64,000 bases of DNA. It comes from Lama glama (taxonomy: Eukaryota). The stretch is from assembly GCA_028534125.1 (NCBI GenBank), contig CM052818.1, forward strand, positions 37,264,001 through 37,328,000, read 5' to 3'. The notes beneath the pieces are model-generated. The model worked only from the letters and a program-made list of their open reading frames with translations, made no database searches and was not told where the DNA came from. Position 1 is the stretch's first letter. Every line of letters starts with the position of its first letter. The position numbers and the translations under genes are program-made. Shown here in pieces: positions 1 to 14,384 of this stretch.

Positions 1-1344
1 CTTAAAAAAAAAAAAGCCCAAGAAAATGTGAAGCTGGAGGAGGGGCCTGATAATAACTTACAGGTCTTGACAGTGGTGTCACAGATAAATCTGCAAAGCC
101 AAATTACTTCTAAAATTTGTTCAGTTGTAATGGAAATCCTGCCTTCTCTTTTGGTGATCTGTCTTAATACTAACAGGAAAAAAAAAAAGTTCAGAACTAG
201 GCTGATTAAAATCAATCAGGGTATAAGAAAATGCTACTCCAGATTTGCCTACTGGGGCATTGTCTTAGATGACAAGTCAGGCCAGGCCTGCAAAATGGTT
301 CAGCTGTGAGGCAGGCTGCCCACCCAGCAGCGTGGACAGAGATGGTTCAAGGGACATGTGTTTGTTGTGCGTCTGCTCTGTGAAGACATTTAAGAGAGTT
401 CTTTCTTCTCTTCCCTTCCTTTTTCCCCTCCCTCCCGCCCTCCCTTCCTTTCTTGCTTCCCATTGGGATTTGGCTATATCTCATCCATTTTTTGATTGTA
501 AAATAGTCCTGAAGAGAATTTGGATGACAATGGGACCAATCTGGCTTCAAGTAATTGATGTGACAGCTTTAGACAGACATCGATTAATAATTCTGTCCTA
601 GTCACTAAGTGTCCTCACCAAGCCAGTTTCCATTTTATTATCGTGTAAATATGTAATCTGCATAAAATTAAAGCTGTTGTGTGCTTGAAACATTGTCTGT
701 TCAAGAGAGGCTTATTCTAAAGAACAGACGTGGCTGAAACTACTCTTTTTTTTTAAATTTTTAAATTCAATACTAATTTTTCCTGTCTCCTCTTCAAAGC
801 TGTATTCCCTTGTCATTACTCCTTCTGAACTACACGATTCTCCATCTTAGGCATCTCTTTATGGAACTGGAAATGATTTTGAGTGTGAACATTCCGTGTT
901 CATGTCACCACCTCTGCTGAAAACTGAACTGTTAAATTATGAATCCGTGGTCTCGTTTCACACCGCACTAGCCCAGGCTAACGCACTCCCGTAAGAAATG
1001 TCAGTTTTCATCTAAACGCACTCAACAGTAAATGTCTTCTCCCTGGAGCCTGCCCTTTTTGTTGAAAAGAGACCCGGAAATTTCAGAGTTCACATGTTGC
1101 ACTTTGGGATCACACAGCTGGTTTCAAAATTAGAGCATTTGGAATAATTAATAGGTGACTGGAGGCATTCTTCTGTTCAGTATGGTCCAAAATGTTCCTG
1201 ACAACTAGAATGTTAGAATTTTTCCCTAAGATTCCTAGATGTCAGTGTGTTTGGAAGAGAGCCTAAATTAATGAGATTTCAGGGAGGGTTAACACAGAGT
1301 GTTTCATATAGACTCATACATCTAAGCTCATGACAAGTCTGCTC

Positions 1345-1445
1345 TAATATATTGTGAAGATGAGATGGGTTAAAACATACGAAGTATCTGCAGTTGTATC
1401 TCAGACATAGCAAGTGCTTAATAAAATTGTCTATTATTGTTATTC
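1345..1445 (+). mobile_element. MIR SINE 3' fragment
   Basis: TTGTGAAGATGAGATG...CATAGCAAGTGCTTAATAAA..TATTATT matches the recalled MIR 3' half; boundaries approximate. Confidence 0.7.
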
Positions 1446-2684
1446 CTTCTCTTCGTTCAGTGACTCATCTTGCTTTATGGTATTCAGAAACGGATACTGT
1501 TAAAATTTACCTTATGGTCAAACTGGAAAACGTAATTTCATGAAATGGGTGGTTGTAGGGCTAGGGAAGAGGGTTGCTTTTATATTTGCCAGTATCCTGA
1601 AGAAACAAATTACCTTACAAATTTCTGAAAGTTGTCTCTTAAGCCTTTCATTCATGCATATTGATTTTTGGAGGATGAACATAGCTCCAGGCTTGAAAAG
1701 AACCCAGAGAGAACCTTATGAGGAAACACAAGTCCAGGCCTGCAAAACAGTTCATGCTCCATTCAGAAGTGTCCAAGAATTACCTGTGGGCAAACCTTCC
1801 TCCAGCTAGTTTAGACTCTCCCAGTGACTTCACTGTCTTGCAGATGCAAAAGGACAGTAGGTCTGCATAGAGTGATTTTCAGCAAGGAAATAAAATGCTG
1901 AAAATACAGGAAGAGACTGTGGGACAAGGACAGATAAGAAGCACCCTCCTTGGTCCAGGAATCTTCTTTCACAGCCCCAGTCTCGGCCCTCCTATTTCTG
2001 AAAACTCCTGCCTTAAACAACGGGAAACTCGAATTCTTTCAGGCCTGTTAGTTTTATTTCTATAGTAAACCTGTGATTCTATGGGAATAGGCACCATTTC
2101 TTAGATTCACACAGGACCCAGGGCTGAGCCCAGTGCCAGGCACAGGGTAGGCAACTGCCCAGATTGAAGCTATGAAGACTTCATATCAGTGTCACTAGAA
2201 ATAAATTGGAGATTAAGGACATAGGAGATGGACGATTGGGTTCTTGTCCTTCCATCAACATATTTGAGCTTGGACAAGTTTGCTTAATGTTTAAGCTGCT
2301 TCTGTAACTAAGATCACAGCTACAGAGCTTTGTACATAGAAGGTACTTACCATATTCTTGTGAAGGGATGAATGAATAAATGAAATATATTATGACTTTT
2401 AGAACTTCTCTTAGATTTTCCTTCAGTTTCTCATTTGAAGTCAGAAGTAAAACTTACACCACTGTGTAGACACCTGGATACATTTTCCATGGGGCTTTCT
2501 GCTTAGAGTATAAAACCATGATGTTAATGGACTAGAGTGCACATGATGGGGATTCAAGGCTTAGCTGATCTTGAACAGTTTCATGAAGAATAATCCACAG
2601 TGTGACAGAAAGAACCTAAGTCATACTGGCCTCTCTGGGACAGAGCTGGAATATCTGTGTGAGTATCTGCTGTTGGACTGTGTC

Positions 2685-3290
2685 ACATTCATCCTTTCTT
2701 TCATGCCAACCATGGGCCAGGCTTTGTTCTAGGGACTAGGACGTGGCAGTGAACAGACCTGACAACGGCCCTGCTCCTGGAGAGTATATTCCAGGCAGAG
2801 AACAATTTAAGTAAACAAGTGACTCTACAAAATGCCGATGGTGGAAAGACCTGTAGAACGTCAGAGCAGGGTAAGGGCGAAGTGGGTGGGGGCTAGGGAA
2901 AGAGTCGCCCCTTAGCGGGAAGTCCTTTCTGGCCAGTCGGCAGTTGGGTTAACTCGGAGGAAGCTGGAAGCAAGCCTCTTGGGCTTTCTGGGCTCAGTAG
3001 TTGGAGCAAGTGCATTGAGAGGTCAGTAAGATATTCAAATAAAGACGCTGAATTTGCAGATGTTCAGCAGATAATTATTGTAATCTGAAGTTCAGCACTG
3101 GAGCTGGATGTTTTGGAATGGTCAGCCTATGGGAAGCATTAGAGTCTTAAGAGTCAGTGGGTCACCAAGAAGAATGGAGATAGGAGAGGAGAGGTTCAGA
3201 GGCTGAACCCTTAGGAACGTTGCATGTGGAGGTTGGCAGTCAGTGAGATCAGAGGAGAGGCAAGAGAACAGTGGCTCAGGAACCAAGAAA
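2685..3290 (-). mobile_element. L2 LINE 3' fragment
   Basis: CATTCATCC...CCAGGCTTTGTTCTAGGGACTAGG..CAGTGAAC...CCCTGCTCCTGGAG is typical antisense L2 3' sequence. Confidence 0.7.
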
Positions 3291-3954
3291 GATTAATCCC
3301 TAAAAGACTGATCAATACTAATTAATACCTATCCTAATTAATACCAAGTTAATTAAGTACAGGGTTAGAAGTTAATATCAAATACATTTGTAACTAATAT
3401 CCCTTATAACTACAGTTAAACTATAGCTAAAAGGCAGTGAAATTTTCTGTATATTATTAAGCAGTGCTTTCCAGCAGTGGAAGATAATATTGGCGTCTTG
3501 GAGGCATTTACACTGGCTAAAATGGAAACCAAATGTTTGTATCTGGAAGTGACATAAGGATGGCTGAAAAGTCTGAGCATTTAGCTTCATTTCCAAGGAG
3601 GTATGCCTAATCCTTGACAAAGTTTGGATTGATTTATTTAACTCCCAAACATGCTTCAGTTTCAGCAGAGATGGAAACAATTGTCTCATACCCACCATCT
3701 GGGGCTGGTGTCCCAGATGGAGTGCGAGTTCTGGTAACATTAGGTACCTCCAACTGGGGCTGTTTCTAGAGGCAAGTCACGGGAGAGGGTTCATGTCAGC
3801 TCGGGAAAACTTAAGGATGAATAAAGAAAACAAATTCTGATTGTGAATTAGTTATCTGTTTTGGGAGAAAATCCAGCAGTTAATTTGACCAACGGAGGAC
3901 TTACTGTGTCACAAAAATATCACTAACCAGATATCCAGGTTGTACAAAAAACAG

Positions 3955-4200
3955 AGGGGGAAAACACAGCAGCATTAAGTGAGAAAAAACAGGATACAGA
4001 ATTATAGTATATATGAGACATTAAGCAAAAGAAAAAATATTGAAGAAGTCTGGGTACAAAAAATCTGGAAAGAGAGGAACTTAGAACACTAGGTAATATT
4101 CTAATTTCTTCTCTACAATTTCCATATTTTCCCAGTTTTTCTAATATGAGTGTAACTGCTTTTATAACAAGAAAGTAAACTTTAATGAAAATAGAAAAAA
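3955..4200 (+). mobile_element. old L1 (L1MC/ME-like) 3' UTR fragment
   Basis: TTAAGTGAGAAAAAACAGGATACAGAA...TTTTTCTAATATGAGTGT..CTTTTATAAC resembles L1M 3' ends. Confidence 0.55.
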
Positions 4201-5374
4201 CTGGAATCTTTATAAATTTATTTTTTGTGTTAACATTCAATAGGGGCAAAAAATAGTGTTTATCCCTAGTTATCCTTCCGTGACGTTTATACCCTGTTTA
4301 TGAAATTCAACTTCATCTATGCTAATGGCTGTGAAAATCGGGCAGCCACCCTACCTGCTATCACTGTGGATTGCCTGGGGTGCTGCTTCTCAAGCTGCTG
4401 TTTTATTAATGATCTTGAAACTGAAATAATAAGGAATGAAGAAGTGTTAAAAAGACTTAGTGATGTGCTACTAACATTTGCCAAGAAAATGAAATAAGCT
4501 AAGATGAGAAAACACTGGGGGAGGCCAATAAGAAGCCAACTGTTCCGTATTTCTGAGCCTCTGACCTCTGCAGTCACAGTTTCTAAAGACGCGCTCTCCT
4601 TGGGTCAGGCTCGGGCTGCCCACCCTCTGCCTGTGCGCAAACATCAGTCCTCTGAGAGGTACAATTTGTCCTTGATAAGGCTCGGGTGGATTGATTTTAT
4701 TTCCAAACATGTTTCAGTTGCAGTACACTTATAATTTGGGATGGAAAAAAAAAAAGGCTTTAGGCTCCATAATACTCTCACTTTATTAATTTTTTTTTAA
4801 TAAAGGAGAAGGATTATTCAAGATATGATTATCCAGTGGCCCAGTTTGCATAAGTTAAATTACATATCATTAATGTGTTAAGTTTTATAAAATTAAAAAT
4901 GCTGTTAAATGGTTCCAGAGTCTTTTTTTTTTTTCCTTCCAGGCTACATGGTTTCACTGCTTGTTTTATTTAAACTGAAGAAGATAGTGTGTGTTCAGAG
5001 GCTCTGATAGACACCAGAAACAAATTAAAAACCAAAAATGGAATTGTCGTGGAGGAGGTCTGTGGTTGTTTGCTTCTGTAGACAGTCATTGTATGGGGGG
5101 ATTTTGCCTAGAGATGCCTAGGTCTTTGGGATCACTAAGACATATTGGTAAAACAAGACTGTGAAGCAAGACCTTTAAAGCCTCAAAAGAGTTAGTTGAT
5201 TTTTAAAGCAGCTGATGTCTTCTATAAGTAAATAACCAAATTGGAGAGCAAAGACCTGAAGATTTATTTGACTGGGTGGTTGATATCAAATGTCTGATGC
5301 TTGGGTCCAATTACCACGGAGCCAGAGAGATGACTGGGGAAAATGTGCAGTAGCAGAAGGAACCGGTGACGGGC

Positions 5375-5586
5375 AGCAGCATCTATTGAGTGCTTGCCGC
5401 TGGATGGCCTTGCATTTCATAAACTATCTTATTTACTGCTCACAAATGGTCTCTTAAGTGCAGAGTCAGTTCTCATCTTCACAGAAGAAGAAATGGGAAC
5501 TTGGAGAGATCGATCATTTGCCCCAGACGACATTGCACAACAAGCTTTCAAACCTTGAATCCAGAATCCCATTTTCTTAAACACTA
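5375..5586 (-). mobile_element. MIR SINE
   Basis: ATCTATTGAGTGCTT...CTCATCTTCACAGAAGAAGAAATGGG..TTGCCCCAGACGAC..TTCAAACC..TCTTAAACACTA is the antisense MIR core and head. Confidence 0.8.
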
Positions 5587-6530
5587 AACTAGTCCAGACT
5601 TTGACTTTATTAGACTCTGTGTCCCTCTGTGGCTTTGAGTTCTTTATGCATGCTTTTCAAACCTTTTTTTTTAAGTACTTCTAAAAACTTTTTTTCTGTT
5701 GTCTTGTGTTGAGCATCTGCAAACAATCAACACCTCTAAAACAAAATTCACCCGAAATAGCAGGGACTTCTAGTACAATGAAACCTGTAAAAAGCACACC
5801 TGGTATCCTTGGAAGAAAAAGAAAGAAGCCCTTTTTTGGATGGATTGAAATGGGACTTCGATAATAGATATATTTAACCATGTTATATTTGACCTAAAAG
5901 TCACCTCAAAATTTCCAGATGTGCCTTTGTGAAAAGTTACATCAGATAATGTGTACTCATGTGATTACCAAAGGAGACTGGATAAAAATGGCTAAATTCT
6001 CAGAAGTAATGTAGCAATTGAAAAACCGTGTGTCTCCTACACACACTAGGAATGAAGAGATTCATTAACATAAGTGCCTGTGCTGTGGCCATCATGCTTT
6101 TTCCGAGTGCTTGGCAATCTCATTGGATGACTTTAGACTCCTCATCACCTCCCTCTACTCAAGACCTCCGATTGATTGGACAGTGATGTGTTAGGAGGTT
6201 TTTCTCGGAAAGCGTGTCCCTAAGACTTCCATTTATCGCTAGCTGAAGGAATAGACCCCAAAGAGGCCCAAGGGTTATACACCCAGCTTCCCTCTTGTTC
6301 CTAAGCGTTATCCTCTCAGCTTCTCATAATGGAATGAAATGATTTTAGTACCTCCTTTGTTGCTCGTCAAACCACCCCATCTGTTGCTGTCCTTCCATTT
6401 CCTAACTTAGAATCCTCTTCTCTGCTTTTCCCACCAGAGGTCCTGCTTTCTTCTCTCACAGTAATTAGACTTTTCATTATTCATAATAAACTATCAAGGA
6501 TAAGCCAACACTAAAGCGGAACCCATTTTG

Positions 6531-7236
6531 CATTGATTCATTAAACAAATATTTATTGAACCCACACTAGGCACTGCTAGAGGCATTGGAAATAAATCAG
6601 TGAAGGAAAAGGCTTTTGTGGGGCTCATGTTCCTGGGGTAGGTTCAGATAACAAACATACAATTAGAGGGTCAGATTGTGATGTGTGCTCTAGGGAAAAA
6701 TAATACAGAGATGGCAGGATGGAGGTTCTGGGAGGAGGTGCCACTTTGTTTTGAATGATTAAGGATGATCTCACTTGTTTGATGACACTCGAGAAGAAAC
6801 CTGAAGGAAGTGAGGGGGAGATTCACGTGGATTTCTAGGGGAAGAAGGTCCCCGGTGGAAGCACCAGAAGGTACAAAGGGCCTGGGAACAAGGAGGAGGT
6901 TACTGCGCCTGCAGGAGAATGAACAAGGGGGAGGGAGGTTGGAGGTGTGGCCAGGTAGAAAGCTAGATCATGTAAGGTCTTGTAGACCATTATAAGGGCT
7001 TGGGCTTTTACAGCAAGTCATATATGAAGCCTCTGGGTGGGTTTTAAGACAAAGGGTGACATAATCTGACTTTCATTTTAAAAGAATCACTGTAGCTGCT
7101 GAGATAAGAATAGGCGATATAAGGGTGAGGCAGGAGCTGGGAGACTATTGCAATAACCTAGGAGAGAGATGATCTCAGCTCACATCAGGCGGAAATAATG
7201 GAGGTGGAAAAATCGGTTGAATTTGGATGTATGTTA
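6531..7236 (-). mobile_element. L2 LINE 3' fragment
   Basis: starts with the L2 tail CATTGATTCATTAAACAAATATTTATTGA; includes GTGACATAATCTGACTTTCATTTTAAAAGAATCACT and GACTATTGCAATAACCTAGG. Confidence 0.9.
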
Positions 7237-7404
7237 CAACGATTCTCTTAGGAAAGCTTGAAATCAGTTACTGCAAATGTTTTAAACTTCTCCAGCTCCT
7301 CCAGTGTTTACTTATAGCAAGAAAATTTCACGATATCTAGGTGTCCTGTATTCTGTCTCAGGTCAAAGGCTGACCTATACCATAAGGAAAGAGGAAATGG
7401 GGTT

Positions 7405-7590
7405 GGTGACTGACAGTCCTCGGCTGAGTCCTGGTTCAACAGATATGTGACTGTTGGGGAAGTTGCCATACTTCCCTTAGCCCCAGTTTCTTTATAAAAT
7501 GGAAATATGAGCAGCATCCATCTCCTAGGTTTGTGGTGAAGATTAAAGAAAATAAATTTATGATAAGTACTTAGTGCCATTGCTGGTATG
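7405..7590 (+). mobile_element. MIR SINE
   Basis: GCCCCAGTTTCTTTATAAAATGG...GTTTGTGGTGAAGATTAAA MIR core. Confidence 0.8.
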
Positions 7591-10500
7591 TTGGTATCTG
7601 TTTACAGATTTACTAATGTCTCTTCGCCATCCTTTGGTCTTTGCAAACTTCCTTCTTCTCTGTTTCTGTCTTTTCTTTTTAACCAATAATCAGTCCAGAG
7701 AGGCTGCCAGCTCCTCCCATGTCCTGCTTACTAAATTACTCTTATGTATCTATTCTTTCCCTTTCTGGCAAGTTCTGGGTACAATTCCCTTTTTCACTTC
7801 TAGCTGTCTTGTAAGAGGGGGCATTTTGAGGGTGGGTACCTGGGAGAAAGAGAATGTCCAGGAAGTCTTTGCCTGCTAGGTGTTTTCTTGCACCAGTTAG
7901 AAGATCCTGACTACCTGAATATGTCCTGATGAGTCCAGCTTTTTCTTCACTTCCTAACAGAAGCAAATGTAAGTGCAGCCTCAGTGCCTCACCCTGCCCA
8001 GGTCTGCTGGCTTTGTTCCACATTTCTGCTCTTTGGGGACCTAAATTCGTCTGATGGACTTGTGGTTCCAAAAAGGGGGCTGTTATCCTTCTAATCTTAT
8101 GCTTATAATGTTTGCTGTGAACCTTCCCACATTTTGGATTCGTCCATGATAATAGCAATGCACTATATTAGCTTTTTTCCATTTCACATTTTTGTGATTT
8201 CCTGAAAGCAGCTCTTGTATTCTAGATGCATTCAAAAGAGAACTCAAGAGCTCTAATGCACACTCAATTTTTATTAAAAAAGTGTAAAAGAGGGTCCTCA
8301 GAGAAACATGACAGTGTTAAGAATTATTTTGGAGTATAAAACTTTATTTCTGGGATGTAACATTGATATCCTGAAATACCCTGTTTTTTTAAATGTAAAA
8401 CTTGCATTTTCTCCTTCACTTTAATGTCTTTCTAATCAAACCAAATCATTTACACAGCACTTTATAGGTTGTAATGTATGTTTATTCACATTCTGTTATT
8501 CAAACAATGTCTACAGCATGGAGAATTTCATTGGAGGGAGACAAAAATAAATCAGTTTTCTCCCTCAAGGAGTTTCCTCTCTAGTAGGATAAAGACAGGT
8601 AAAATAATTATCATTATTCTTTAGTGCAGCTAAAGCTCTTTAATAGGTAACGTGTCTAGATCTGTGTGAGAATGGCAAGAAGCTTCTGATGCACCTCCCT
8701 CTTTGCTGGCTGAGCAAACAGCTTAATCCTCAGCTTCTCCACCTGTCTTCTTGGGAGTGCCAAGAAGTCCCCACCCAGTCTCCCAACTCTGGCCAACTGT
8801 GCTGGGCTGGGTTTGTGAACCGATTGCATATGTTACCAAGGAAATTATTGGGATGTCAAATGGTGGTGTCATCTTTCTGGCAACATATTCTTGAGCAGAT
8901 TGTGATCCAGTGACCTACAGGCACATCGTTCAAAATGCCAGTCCCACTGCTGGTCCATCCCCTACCTTTGTTCTACAGGCAGGAACCCCATCTGGCAAAG
9001 GAGAGCTGCAAATGGATCCAGAATTCTATTTCTCCAGTCTTTTTCTAAAGCTGTTGCTCCTAGGTTGTCAGTTGGTCCTGATAGCTGGCAAGGTACAGCT
9101 GGATACACATACATTCACTGCCTCTTTGTCCTTCTGCGTTAGCTTTTCACACATCATGCACGAGATCTCCCTGCAAGTTCAGTAAACTCTACAAAGATTG
9201 CAAAGAGGGATGACAATTTTCTTAAAATATTTTGAACTATTTTTCATATTTTAAGCTACAAAATAAATAAATACTTAACCTATGTAAAAAATATTTTGCT
9301 CAGAAGAGTTCCTCATTTTATTCCCCCTGGATATCAAATACTTTTCCAACCCTTTCTCTTTTCTTGAGATAATTGTATGCCTGTGTTCTTGTACTGCCCC
9401 AGGTTTTCCCATGTCCCTTTGATGTAGACTTAGCTTGATATTCTAGATGAATATTGTGTTTTTTTAATTACATAAAACCATAATTCTCTTCAAAAGTCAA
9501 CAAGCATGTTTGAGCTCCTCAAAGCCTGCCATACACACACCTAGTATGAAAGTCTGGCTTGTTTAATTCATTGATATGTAATCTTCCACTAATTCACTCT
9601 ACAAACTGTCATCATACAGAGAGTAAGGCATGATGCTAAATAATACGAAGTTAGTAAGATAAGCAGATCTTGTACTATATGACAAGAAACAATACAAAGT
9701 AAGTATTATTTTAAGTTAAGTATGACAAATGCCAAGAGAAATACTTTAAAAATATTATGGAAAGGCGTTAGAGTAATTAATATTTCCTTTCTGTTTTAAG
9801 ACAAAGGGAAACATTTCCAATTCTCTTAGTAATATTATTGCTTGCCTTTAAAACTCATTTTTATAAATTCATTTTTAACATAAAGTCTGTGTCTTCATTT
9901 GAACAGAAAAGTGATTTTAAAACCATTCTAATATAAATATTGGCTTAATTGGTGACCAGTGGTCATTCCTGCTACGATACTTTACCAGATTACTCCATAA
10001 AGGATTGTTTTCTTCATCGATACTGTTAAACATCTCGGACATGGTCCCTTTCTTCACAAGCAGAAAAAGACGCCACTTTGATCTTCAAAGAACTTGTGGT
10101 GGAGCAGGGCCAGCAGAGAAGCACACAAGGTTCAGACCATGAATGGTTTCACGTTGGACAAATTACTTAACATATCTTCTTTTTCTCATCTGTGGATAGG
10201 GAAAATAATGTCTTCCTCACACAATTCCCCTGCTGTTCTTTTGAGATCGTGTAGTTGCTGTGACAAGCATATATGATGATTTAGGGAACTTGCATATTTG
10301 ATGGCCACCTTATTAAGCTGTGTGGTTCATGATGGCTTATAAGCTGTAAAAGGTTTGTGAAAATTTTCACAAAGAGATATAGGAAAAAACCACAACTTGA
10401 GGCATCTCCATTAGTCTGGGGGAAAAATAAAACATTTCGGATATTTAGGACAGTCATAGCAGGAAATTGGAAATGTAAAGAATTCACATGCTTGCCAACT

Positions 10501-11219
10501 GTGCAGTAAGAATTTTGGCACTTCATGTACATGTACTGAATTCTGATAGAATTTGTCTGAATTTACAGAGAATTGTTTTCTTTCTCTTTCACCTCTACTC
10601 AGACAGAATCAGGAAGGCCTGATTGTTTGATACTAAATTCTATTTTCCTCTGCATGAAAAAAGTGTTTTTCCTCCCTGATTATTTATCTGTAAAACTTCT
10701 CCACTTTTCATTCTTGTTGCCTTTTCTCTCAGTCAAACTTAAGTGCTCATTTCTCTGGCTCATCTCAGGCTTTGCCCATAGATCTACTATGGCACTACAA
10801 TAATCTATTGTAATTGTTTATTTGTTTTATATCTTCTCAGTGAACACTAAACATATATTTCCACACCGCCCAGAATGGTAACTGGCTCATAGAAGCCATC
10901 TGATAAATGTTGAAAGAAGAGAGGGAGAGAAAGAGGGATAAAAGGAGTAAGAAACTAAGGAAAAGAGAAAAATCAAGAAGGTAATCTTTTGGTCAAATCA
11001 TGTCAAGTGATTTCTTTCTTCCCTTTTTTCTTTGGCTTTATAACAGTGTAAGAGTAAACTATGATTGTTATAAAATAGTCAACAGAATTACACGGAATTA
11101 AAATTTAGGGAATGGAAGATTGTTTTGGTCTTTCCACTTAAAAATATGCACTAGGTCTCATGGAGTAGCCCTCCATGCAGATTTATTAATTTATTTTGGC
11201 AAAGCAGCCTGTAGTATGG

Positions 11220-11680
11220 GTGGAGCACAAATTAAATTTCTACCTTTTTGTCAATGGATAATGGTTTCCAATAATTTCCCTTTCAAACACTGCTGCAAAA
11301 CATATCTTTGCATGCATGGGTCAGTATTTATGTAGAACTAATTCTTAGAAGAGGAACTGATGGATCCAAGCAAATATGCTTGAACCTTTTGATAGATACT
11401 GCCAAAATGCCTTTCATAATCAGTGCGACATTTTCCATACCATCAGCAATACTGGACATTTTCCACCTCAGCTTTTCTTTTGGGTCAGCTTTATGGATCA
11501 AAAAAACATTTTATTTTAATTTGCATTTGCAAGATGATCAGTGAGGTGACTGTCATTTTATACATGTTCATCATTTCTCGGACTTCCTTTGTGCCTGTTA
11601 TTTATTCAAAATTGTTTCATGCTATATTAAAGATTTTAACACTATGTCTATTGTATATATAGTAAATAATTTCTCCTAGT
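11220..11680 (-). mobile_element. old L1 (L1ME/MC-like) fragment
   Basis: AAACACTGCTGCAAAACATATCTT...TTTTGATAGATACTGCCAAAATGC...TTTTAATTTGCATTT typical antisense L1M 3' ORF2/UTR. Confidence 0.75.
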
Positions 11681-12675
11681 CCCTTAGTAGGATTTTGGAT
11701 AAAATTCTTATAAAGATCCACTGTGTAATGTAATCTAATTTCTTTATAGTTGCTTTTCCACGTGCCAGTTGCACAGTATTTTTGAGTCAACAAGAATTAG
11801 CCAGGGCCTTCCAATCCCCAGCGGTGCTGTGTAACAAGGATTTCACACCACCTTGGTCCCCAAGGGAATCAAATCCTATATGTAAAACAAGGAGTTCCTC
11901 ATGATGCTGAATATTTAATGAAATTGTGCTCTGGGTTGGGCTGATATGATATGCATGTGCTGCTTTCCTCCTGGTGAACTCCTTGGTGTTCTGAAAAGCA
12001 GGATAGTGATTCTGACATGCCCTTCATGGTTTAACAACTTCTTTCAAGAGAGAAGCTGCGCACCTGCAAATTGTGCTTGCATCTGATCTGGCATGATCAG
12101 AGGCCTCATTATTCTACAGCAGGTAGATTCTATTAAGGGTACTGGACAGGGTTGAAATTTTTCACTTAATTTTTGTTTCACACTACTAGGTCAGAGGATG
12201 TGTATTATATTTGCTGGTTCATTTTCCTTTCACTCTTGTTTGATTTGAGGGTCAGATGTAAAAATTTAGCCAATTTAAATCACCTTTAAGGGAATCCATT
12301 AACTCATGACTAGCCTTGGAAAATTACCTCCACTTGCCTCCATTCCTTGGCATCATCAACCAGAGGGCTACTATAGAAGTAGTATAAATATATTTTATAA
12401 CTCCTTTTACTAAGGAACTTTCTAAGACTTCTCACAACTGCAAAAGAAGAAAACACATATGTAGAAAGCAATCCAAATACTTTGTAAACCTCAGGAGCAT
12501 CATTTACTTATGACACACAAATATATTAATCTCGTGTAGATATTGTTCATCATACTCTTCATCATATTGATTGACATCATTGGACATCATATTGTTCAAG
12601 CTTGTCTCTCTGGATTTTAAGACTAGCATTGGGACCTACCACATCAATCCCTACCTACTTCCTCTCTGTTAAAAG

Positions 12676-14360
12676 TAATTAAGGTACAATTTACATATAA
12701 TACAATTTACCTTATTAAAACATACAATTTGTTTAGCTTTTACAATGATATATAATCATGTAATCAATCACAATCAGGATATATAGATACAGAATATTTT
12801 TATCACTCTTGGGGACCCTGTCCAGTCAAAAGAACCCACCAGATCCCAGGCAAATACATTTCTTGTTGTTATAGTTTTGGCTTTTCTAGAATTTCATAAA
12901 AATTGAATCAAACAGTAAGTAATAATTTGTATCTGATGTCTTTTACTTAGTATATTATTTTGTGATTAATTCATTTGAATTGTCACATGTATAATTTGTT
13001 CCTTTTTATTACTGAGTAGTATTCAGTTGTATTCACATGATACAATTTCTTAATTCACCAGTAGATTTGCATATATAGGTTGTTTCCAATTTTGGGTTAT
13101 TAAGCAACAAACTGCTTTAAACATTCTAGTAAAACTCTTTGTGTGGGAATATATATTTATTTGCTTAAATTCCTACTGGTAAATCTGCTGAGTCATATGA
13201 TAAAACTATGTTTAAATAGTTAAGAATCACTGAAATACTGTCCAGTGTGATTGTATTATTTGCACCCCCATCATCAATATATGAGAGTTTTAATTTCTCC
13301 AAATCTTCGCTATCACCTGCTATTGTTAGTCTTTTTAATTTTAGCAGCTTCAGTGGGTGCGTAGTAATATCTCATTGTGCTTTTAAATTTGTGTATTCCT
13401 AGTGACTAATGACATTATATATCGTTTTAAATGCTTATTTATCACTCATATATCTTTGGTAAAGTTTCTGTTCAAATCTTTTGTCTATGTAAATAATTGA
13501 ATTATTTGGATTTTTATTATTGAATTGAAAGAATTCTTTATATATTCTGTGTGCAATACTATGTGAGGTCTATGTTTTGAAATATTTTCTTCTAATCTGT
13601 GACTTATCTTTATTTTCTTAAAAATATCTTTTGAAGAGCAAATTCTTTTCATTTTGGTAAAGTCCAATTTATTATTCGTATGTCTGTATTTTGCTCCTTT
13701 TGTGTGCTAAGAAAACTGCTTATCAAGGTTACAAAGATTTTTTTCCTTTATGTTCTTTAGACTTACAGTTTTAGCTCTTACATGTAGGTCTATAATCCAC
13801 ATTAGGCTAATGTTTGTATATTATGTAAAATAAAAGTCAAGGTTCATTTTTTGCATATATAATTCTTTTTGAATTATTTCATACATAGAATTAACTTGAT
13901 ACCTTTTTAAAAAATGTATTGACCATATATATATGTCACTCCATTTCTGAACTTTTAATTTTCTTCCAGGGATTGTATACATATAGTCACACCAGTACAA
14001 TGCTCTCTTGATTATGTTAGCATTAAGGAAATTTTTGAAATTAGGTTAAGTCCTCCAACTTTGTTGTTTTTCAAAATTACTTTGAGTATTCTCAGTTTTT
14101 TGCATTTCTATAGAAATGCGAGAATCCACATGTGAATTTCCACACACACACACACACACACACACAAAGAAAACAATCAAACAAAAACTAAACAATTCTA
14201 GACCAATTTAGAGAAAACTGACATCTTAAAGATATTCAGTCACCTGATCCATGAACATGGTATATCTCTCCATTTTTTGAAGACTTTAATTTCTCTCAAC
14301 AATGTTTTTTAGTTTTCAGTGGATAGCTTTGCATATTTTCCTGAAATTTAAGAAAATCTT
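12676..14360 (-). mobile_element. L1 (L1MB/MC-like) 3' end plus ORF2 C-terminal relic
   Basis: begins with the antisense L1 3' terminus TAATTAAGGTACAATTTACATA; minus ORF 13485-13667 (DFTKMKRICSSKDIFKK) resembles L1 ORF2 DFIKIKNFCSSKDTIKK. Confidence 0.9.
14141..14166. repeat. (CA)n microsatellite inside L1
   Basis: direct read. Confidence 0.95.
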
Positions 14361-14384
14361 GTTAAATTTTGCATGTTTGATTAG

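Noticed and set aside
323..343. REST/RE1-like CCCAGCAGCGTGGACAGAGAT
   Set aside because: Mismatch in the key ACC core and weak flanks.
4921..4945. Strong plus-strand acceptor (poly-T)CCTTCCAG
   Set aside because: No convincing donor at exon distance; poly-T tracts mimic acceptors.
12541..12598. Degenerate CATCATATTG repeats
   Set aside because: Short low-complexity slippage; no spacer or array structure, not CRISPR-like.
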